Assembly (NCBI GenBank): GCA_049322255.1
Contig: JBMORE010000166.1
Coordinates: 1 to 64,000 of the forward strand
DNA length: 64,000 nucleotides
Origin: Myxococcota bacterium
Lineage (GTDB): Bacteria > Myxococcota > Myxococcia > Myxococcales > Myxococcaceae
Direction of reading: 5' to 3'
Shown: in pieces, positions 58,787-64,000 of the stretch
Layout: every line of letters begins with the position of its first letter
Position numbering within the stretch: the stretch's first letter is position 1
Position numbers and translations under genes: made by a program
The notes under the pieces: model-generated
Told to the model about the DNA's origin: nothing
The model's input: only the letters and a program-made list of their open reading frames with translations
The model's database searches: none

Positions 58787-59103
58787 GGCAACAGCCTCCA
58801 GACCGCCTCGGCGATGAGCACGAAGGCGTACAGCGCCGGGAGGAGGAAGGGCAGCACCACGGTCAGCTGGAGCGCCCGCATCTCCTGCTTGAGGTGCATG
58901 TAGTAGTAGCCGACGAAGCCGGCCTTGGTGAGCGCCATCAAGATGAGCGCGATGCCCACGTTGCGACGGGAGATGCCCAACGCCGGGTTGGCCACCGCCA
59001 CCTCGAGCACGGTGAGCACGAAGAGCACCCCGAACACCACGAAGTAGGGCTTGCGGCTGTGCGCGTGGCCGGCCGGCCCGTGTCCTTGTCCCTGATCCGC
59101 CAT
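58783..59103 (-). CDS. Cytochrome c oxidase subunit IV
   Basis: LTVLEV, K...V..YYMHLKQE. Confidence 0.9.
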   Translation of the reverse strand: MADQGQGHGPAGHAHSRKPYFVVFGVLFVLTVLEVAVANPALGISRRNVGIALILMALTKAGFVGYYYMHLKQEMRALQLTVVLPFLLPALYAFVLIAEAVWRLLP

Positions 59104-59114
59104 CGGTCGATGTC

Positions 59115-59747
59115 CTAGAGCAAGTAGATGAAGGTGAAGACGAGAATCCAGATGAGGTCCACGAAGTGCCAGAACAGGCCGAGCACCTCGACCTCGTTGT
59201 GGTCGGTCTTCCCGGCCATCGTCCGGACCATGGTGATGAGGATGTAGAGGGTCCCGGTGAGGACGTGCAGGCCGTGGAAGCTGGTGGTGACGTAGAAGGT
59301 GGAGGCGTAGGCGCTCTTGCCGAACACCAGCCCCTCGTGGGTCAGCCCGTGGCTGGCCACCCCGAAGACGCCCCAGTACTCCTCCATCTGTCCGGCGAGG
59401 AAGAGGGCTCCGCCCAGAGCGGTGAGCGCCAGCCAGCGCACCGTGGCTTTGCGGTCATGCTCGGCTGCTGCGGCCACTGCCAGCACCATGGTGACCGAAG
59501 AGCAAATGAGGAGGAAGGTGAGCCCGGCGGTGAAGTTGATGCCCAGGGCTGGTTCGGTGGGCCCCCGCCACACCGCGCTGCCCCCGCGCAAGATGCCGTA
59601 GGCCAAAAGGAGCCCGCCAAAGGAGAAGGCGTCGGAGAGGAGGAAAATCCACATCCCGATTTTGCCGGTAGTGGCGGTGCCGAAGTGCTCGTCGGGGGGA
59701 AGAACATGGGCGGCGTGTCCATGCTCAGCAGTCGCGGTGGCGCTCAT
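59115..59747 (-). CDS. Heme-copper oxidase subunit III-like (copy 2)
   Basis: GMWIFLLSD, SSVTM, FHGLHV, WHFVDLIW. Confidence 0.92.
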   Translation of the reverse strand: MSATATAEHGHAAHVLPPDEHFGTATTGKIGMWIFLLSDAFSFGGLLLAYGILRGGSAVWRGPTEPALGINFTAGLTFLLICSSVTMVLAVAAAAEHDRKATVRWLALTALGGALFLAGQMEEYWGVFGVASHGLTHEGLVFGKSAYASTFYVTTSFHGLHVLTGTLYILITMVRTMAGKTDHNEVEVLGLFWHFVDLIWILVFTFIYLL

Positions 59748-59907
59748 GGTGTTTGGTCGTCCTCGCTCACGTGAAGCGAAACGGCGGGGTCGCGTAGCAC
59801 GCACCGGTTTTGTGCGGCAACCAACTTTTTCTCATGTCCGGCGCGGACAGAGAGCAGAACTGCACGCACTCAAAAGTGCAACCAATTTCGCGCGGCGAAC
59901 GGGCGGA

Positions 59908-60447
59908 CTAACGAGCAAGAAGTGCGCGGCGCATCTCGTCCAGCTGGGTGCGTAAGGTACCGTCGAACAGTTGCGAGCCGACCTGGGCCGCCGCTCCGCC
60001 GAGCACCTTGGGGTCCACCCGCGGCTCGAGCACCACGTCACGCTGGGTCAGCCGCTCGAGAGACTTTTCGAGCTTCTCCACCGCGTCTTTGGGGAGCGGC
60101 ACCGCGCTCACCACCTTGCCGCGCACCCGGCCCGCCTTGACGTCGGTGAGGTCTTGATAGAGGCGGGCGATGTCCGGCAGATACCCCAGGCGGTTGCGCT
60201 CGATGAGCAGGCGAAGGAGGTTGGCCAACGTCGGTTGAAGCCCGCCGGCCGCGGTCATCACCGCCTCCAGCACCGCCAGCCGCTGCGCGCGGGTGTAGGC
60301 CGGGTTTTGCACCACCTCGGCCAGCTCGGCGTTGGCCGCGAGCGCCTGCACGAAGCCGTTGAGCTCTGAAAGGACGGCGTCCGCCTGGGCCCCTGCCGCC
60401 TCGAGCAGGGCACGGGCATAGCGGCGCGCGACGGAGACATTGACCAT
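59908..60447 (-). CDS. atpH: F1 ATP synthase subunit delta
   Basis: VARRYARAL, LLIERNRL, SAVPL, VDPKVLGG..QVGSQLFDGT. Confidence 0.95.
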   Translation of the reverse strand: MVNVSVARRYARALLEAAGAQADAVLSELNGFVQALAANAELAEVVQNPAYTRAQRLAVLEAVMTAAGGLQPTLANLLRLLIERNRLGYLPDIARLYQDLTDVKAGRVRGKVVSAVPLPKDAVEKLEKSLERLTQRDVVLEPRVDPKVLGGAAAQVGSQLFDGTLRTQLDEMRRALLAR

Positions 60448-60520
60448 GGCGGCCGCCGATTAACACGCGCACGCCGCACCGGCAACGCTTCGCTACAAAG
60501 CCGCGCTAGACTCCACCACA

Positions 60521-61219
60521 GTGCACGAGCCGTTCGTCATTCGCTATGAGTTCGCCTGGTCCGACGGAACCAAGCGGAGCTTCTTGGTCGAGCTCGATCC
60601 CACCACGCTGGCGATCGTGTCGCGAGCGCCCACATCGCCTCCGGAGTGGGCGAAGCTCGATTATCAAAAGTGTCCCAATTGTCCTCTCTCCTCGATGGAG
60701 TTTCCCCATTGTCCGACGGCCGTTCAGGTGGCTGACGTGGTGGGAACCTTCGCCGAAACCTATTCTTACGACACGGCGGAAGTTCATGTGTGGGTCTCCG
60801 GACGAGAGATCATCAAGAAGACGTCGGTACAGACGAGCCTGAGCTCCCTCTTGGGCATCTTCATGACGACCAGCGGTTGCCCCGTGCTGGCGAAGCTTCG
60901 GCCCCTTGTTCGTTTCCATTCGCCCTTCGCGACAGAGGAGGAAACCTTTTTCCGCTCCGTAGCGCTTTATCTGATCGCCCAGTACCTACGGCAACAATCA
61001 GGCCAAACCGCCGACTGGTCCTTGAATGGTCTGAGCGCCATCTATCAAGACATCGGAACCGTCAATAAGGCGTTCGCCGAGCGGCTTCGAGTGGGCGGTT
61101 CCAAAGATGCCAACCTGAATGCCGTCATTCGCCTCGACATGTTCGCCAAGGGCATGCCCCAGGTCATCGAGGACGGGTTGGCCGAGCTACGGCCGCTCTT
61201 CGAAATCATGATGAGCTAG
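60521..61219 (+). CDS. Cys-motif hypothetical protein (DUF6901-like)
   Basis: W.KL..QKCPNCPL..HCP, TSGCP, RFHSPF. Confidence 0.6.
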   Translation: MHEPFVIRYEFAWSDGTKRSFLVELDPTTLAIVSRAPTSPPEWAKLDYQKCPNCPLSSMEFPHCPTAVQVADVVGTFAETYSYDTAEVHVWVSGREIIKKTSVQTSLSSLLGIFMTTSGCPVLAKLRPLVRFHSPFATEEETFFRSVALYLIAQYLRQQSGQTADWSLNGLSAIYQDIGTVNKAFAERLRVGGSKDANLNAVIRLDMFAKGMPQVIEDGLAELRPLFEIMMS

Positions 61220-61270
61220 CCGGGGCACGTTGGGCGTGGTTGACTTTCACCTCCGCAGCGGACCGCACGC

Positions 61271-63079
61271 ATGAGCGAGCCTGTCATCGGCATCGACCTG
61301 GGAACGACCTTCAGCGCGGTGGCCACCGTGGAGGGAGGCCGCCCGCGCCTCATCCCCACCCGCGCCGGAGGGCGCCTCACCCCCTCGATGGTGGGATTCA
61401 CCAAGACGGGCGAGCGGGTGGTGGGGGAACGGGCGCGGCTGCTCTCCGAGGCTTTCCCCGAGCACGTGGCCTACGCCACCAAGCGCTTCATCGGCCGGCG
61501 GCACACGCCCGAGCTGTCCGTCGCCGCGCGGGCGCAGGTGCCCTACCAGCTGCTCCCCGGCCCCAGCGGAGAGGTGCGTATCAAGGTGGCGGGCCGCATT
61601 CTGCCCCTCACCCAGGTGAGCGCGATGATTCTGGGCGAGCTCAAGCTCGACGCCGAGGCCTACTTCGGGCGCCCGGTGACCAAGGCGGTGGTGACCGTCC
61701 CCGCCAACTTCGACGACGCCCAGCGCACCGCCACCAAGGAAGCGGCGCGCATCGCCGGGCTCGATGTCTTGCGCATCATCAACGAGCCCACCGCCGCGGC
61801 GGTCGCCTACGGGCTCACTGAAAAGTTCGAGGGCCGCGCCTTGGTCTTCGACTTGGGAGGCGGAACCTTCGACGTCTCCATTCTCGAGGTGGAGAAGGGC
61901 GTCTTCCAGGTCAAGGCCACCGGGGGCGACCCCCTCCTGGGAGGCGAGGACTTCGACAACCGCATCGTGCAGTGGCTCATCGCCCAGCTGCCTGAGCCGT
62001 TCCGCGAGGCGGTGAGCAAAGACAAGCTCTCGCTGATGCGGTTGAAAATCGCCTCCGAGAAGGCCAAGCGCGAGCTCACCGAGCGCGAGGAGGCGTACAT
62101 CTCGGTCTTCGACTTGGGAGACCAACAAGAGAAGAAGCTCACCTCTTTGGAGACCGCGCTCACCCGCACCTTCTTCCATCAGCTCTCCGAGCCGCTCACC
62201 CGCCGCTGCCTCGAGGTGTGCCAGCGGGTGATGAGCGAAGCGGCGGTCGACCCCAAGTCGATGAATGCGCTCCTTTTGGTGGGGGGGATGACCCGGGTGC
62301 CCCTGGTGCGGCAGCTGGCCGCCGATTTCTTCGGGCGCCACCCGGTTTCAGGGGTGAACCCCGACGAGGTGGTGGCCCTGGGAGCGGCGGTGCAGGCGGC
62401 GGAGCTGGCGGGCAAGAGCGGGCAGGCGCTGCTCATCGACGTGGTGGGGCACTCCTTCGGGGTGGGTGTCTTGGGGGGCGTGGTGCGCAAGCTCATCACC
62501 AAGAACACTCCGGTGCCGGTGGTGGCCAAGGAGGTCTTCCTCCCCGGCCGCCACGGGCAGACTCAGGCGCGCATCCCGGTGTTCCAGGGCGAGAGCGAGT
62601 ACGCCGACGAGGCGACCAAGCTGGGAGAGTTGGTGCTGCACGAGCTCAACGTCATTCATCGGGCCGAGGTGCCCATCGAGGTGAGCTTCGAGCTGTCCAA
62701 CGAAGGCACCCTCTCGGTACGCGCGGTGGACATGACCACCGGGCTGGCGGAGGCGATTCGAATCGAGGCGCGCACCGAGCTGTCGCCCACCGAGGTGGAG
62801 AAGCTTTCGCGCGAGCAGACCGAGTACGCCAAGGCCGCCCGGGGCAAAGACGCCGAGGCGGCGACGGAGAGCTTCAAGCGGGTGCTGGACAAGGCGGAGA
62901 AGTTCTGCCGTCTCCTGGAAAAGAGCGCTCAGGAGAACCCCAGCCCCGAGGCCGAGGCCACCGTGGCGCGGGTGCGTTCGGTGGTGGAAATGGGCCGGGT
63001 GGCGCTGCGCCAGGGCCAGACTGTGCAGATGGCCGAAATGGCTCGTACACTGAAACAGCTGTTAGGAGCACCGAGCTAA
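61271..63079 (+). CDS. Hsp70/DnaK-like paralog
   Basis: [49 protein letters not shown]; divergent substrate-binding domain. Confidence 0.92.
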   Translation: MSEPVIGIDLGTTFSAVATVEGGRPRLIPTRAGGRLTPSMVGFTKTGERVVGERARLLSEAFPEHVAYATKRFIGRRHTPELSVAARAQVPYQLLPGPSGEVRIKVAGRILPLTQVSAMILGELKLDAEAYFGRPVTKAVVTVPANFDDAQRTATKEAARIAGLDVLRIINEPTAAAVAYGLTEKFEGRALVFDLGGGTFDVSILEVEKGVFQVKATGGDPLLGGEDFDNRIVQWLIAQLPEPFREAVSKDKLSLMRLKIASEKAKRELTEREEAYISVFDLGDQQEKKLTSLETALTRTFFHQLSEPLTRRCLEVCQRVMSEAAVDPKSMNALLLVGGMTRVPLVRQLAADFFGRHPVSGVNPDEVVALGAAVQAAELAGKSGQALLIDVVGHSFGVGVLGGVVRKLITKNTPVPVVAKEVFLPGRHGQTQARIPVFQGESEYADEATKLGELVLHELNVIHRAEVPIEVSFELSNEGTLSVRAVDMTTGLAEAIRIEARTELSPTEVEKLSREQTEYAKAARGKDAEAATESFKRVLDKAEKFCRLLEKSAQENPSPEAEATVARVRSVVEMGRVALRQGQTVQMAEMARTLKQLLGAPS

Positions 63080-63101
63080 CCATTCCTGGAGGGAGGCACC
63101 C

Positions 63102-63542
63102 ATGTCGACGAAGCGAGTCAATTCCAAGCGCATCAACAACGAGTTCATTCGCAAACCGCTGGAGAAGCGGTTGACGCCGCAAGGCGAGCTGAAGCTCGGC
63201 CCCAAGGTGAAGAAGAGCGACGTTGGCCCCGGCAAGCGCTTCTCCCAGACGGCCTTCGAGGAGGCCCGTGCCGCCGCCAACGCCTTCGGCACCTTCAGCG
63301 TGGCCGACGCCGAGCTCTACCGCCTCAGCCTCCACTCGAAGGACTACATCGTCGCCGCGGGGAAAGACTTGTACGGCGAAACCCCCGTGACCGAGCGCTT
63401 CGTGGTGCACTCTTCGAAAACGGGGAGCGTGGTGGCGCGTGGCCGGGTGGAGAAGGACGAAGAGGGTCCCCGCATCGTGTGGACGCGCTCGCACAACGGC
63501 AGCCGCCCGCGCCAGCCTACCGAGACCAACGACGCCGAGTAA
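63102..63542 (+). CDS. Hypothetical protein
   Basis: Strong SD GGAGG; typical codon usage. Confidence 0.6.
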   Translation: MSTKRVNSKRINNEFIRKPLEKRLTPQGELKLGPKVKKSDVGPGKRFSQTAFEEARAAANAFGTFSVADAELYRLSLHSKDYIVAAGKDLYGETPVTERFVVHSSKTGSVVARGRVEKDEEGPRIVWTRSHNGSRPRQPTETNDAE

Positions 63543-64000
63543 GCGCCACGAGCGTTAGCGCCAAGAAGGAAAAGCCGGCCCCGACGTGGCCGCAGCCGCA
63601 CTTCACCTCGGTCTCGGTTTGGGGCGGGCAGGAGACGGTGACGGAGAAGCGCTGCACATCCGAGCCCGCCGCGTGGGTCGCCCACACCTCGAGCTCGTGT
63701 GCCCCGGCTTGTTCGCGGCTGGGCACCCAGCGGATTTCTCCGGTGCGGGTGTCGATGGCGAAGCCTTCTGGGAGAGGCGCTCCACCTTTTCCCTGGGCGC
63801 CGAAGGTGAAGGTCCCCGCGTCGAGGGAAAGCTCCGGGCCTCCCTTTTCCGAGTAGCGGTACGGCACCCCGCATTCGGCGCTTGTCGCAGCGGTGGAGAC
63901 AATCCGCGGTGGGCCCGCGTCGGAGGCAAACCCCACGGGAATGATTTCGAGCCTCCCGACAAACCCGGGCTGAACGCCCGAAGAAGGCTCGGCGCCGTAG
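63517..64000 (-). CDS. 3' end of a surface protein with putative Ig domain and MYXO-CTERM; truncated by window edge
   Basis: Frame open to window end; P.G..ID..TGEIRW.P; CGC, TM helix, RRR. Confidence 0.8.
   Translation of the reverse strand, partial: YGAEPSSGVQPGFVGRLEIIPVGFASDAGPPRIVSTAATSAECGVPYRYSEKGGPELSLDAGTFTFGAQGKGGAPLPEGFAIDTRTGEIRWVPSREQAGAHELEVWATHAAGSDVQRFSVTVSCPPQTETEVKCGCGHVGAGFSFLALTLVALTRRRWSR

Noticed and set aside
61271..63079. Housekeeping dnaK
   Set aside because: Divergent linker and substrate-binding domain, no grpE/dnaJ adjacent; myxobacteria carry many Hsp70 paralogs

Overview
High-GC (myxobacterial, Myxococcota/Cystobacterineae-like; draft assembly with three 100-N gaps) chromosomal window covering the replication-origin neighbourhood: dnaA (no dnaN next to it) with three DnaA-box clusters, rpmH-rnpA-yidD-yidC-jag-like, mnmE, mnmG, rsmG, a parS site, parA-parB-bacM. 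The rest holds vegA, egtD, kynA, dispersed atpA and atpH, a 7-gene heme-copper oxidase operon, an Hsp70 paralog, many lipoproteins and MYXO-CTERM surface proteins, four toxin-antitoxin modules and two Uma2 nucleases. Best candidates for undescribed biology: (1) a sigma54-driven PlpX-like radical SAM/SPASM 'splicease' paired with a Zn-ribbon lipoprotein whose only Tyr lies in a lipobox-Cys-Tyr-Gly motif; (2) a 4-gene operon of a ComEA-HhH/outer-membrane barrel fusion, two thermonuclease lipoproteins and a triple lamin-tail lipoprotein (possible surface DNA capture and digestion system); (3) an A-type oxidase lacking the K proton channel. Also seen: recurrent leaderless-promoter geometry, perfect operator palindromes, a hexamer-repeat hairpin element family and an internal start site in bacM. 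No rRNA, tRNA or CRISPR array was recognised. All calls come from reading motifs by eye; no searches were run.
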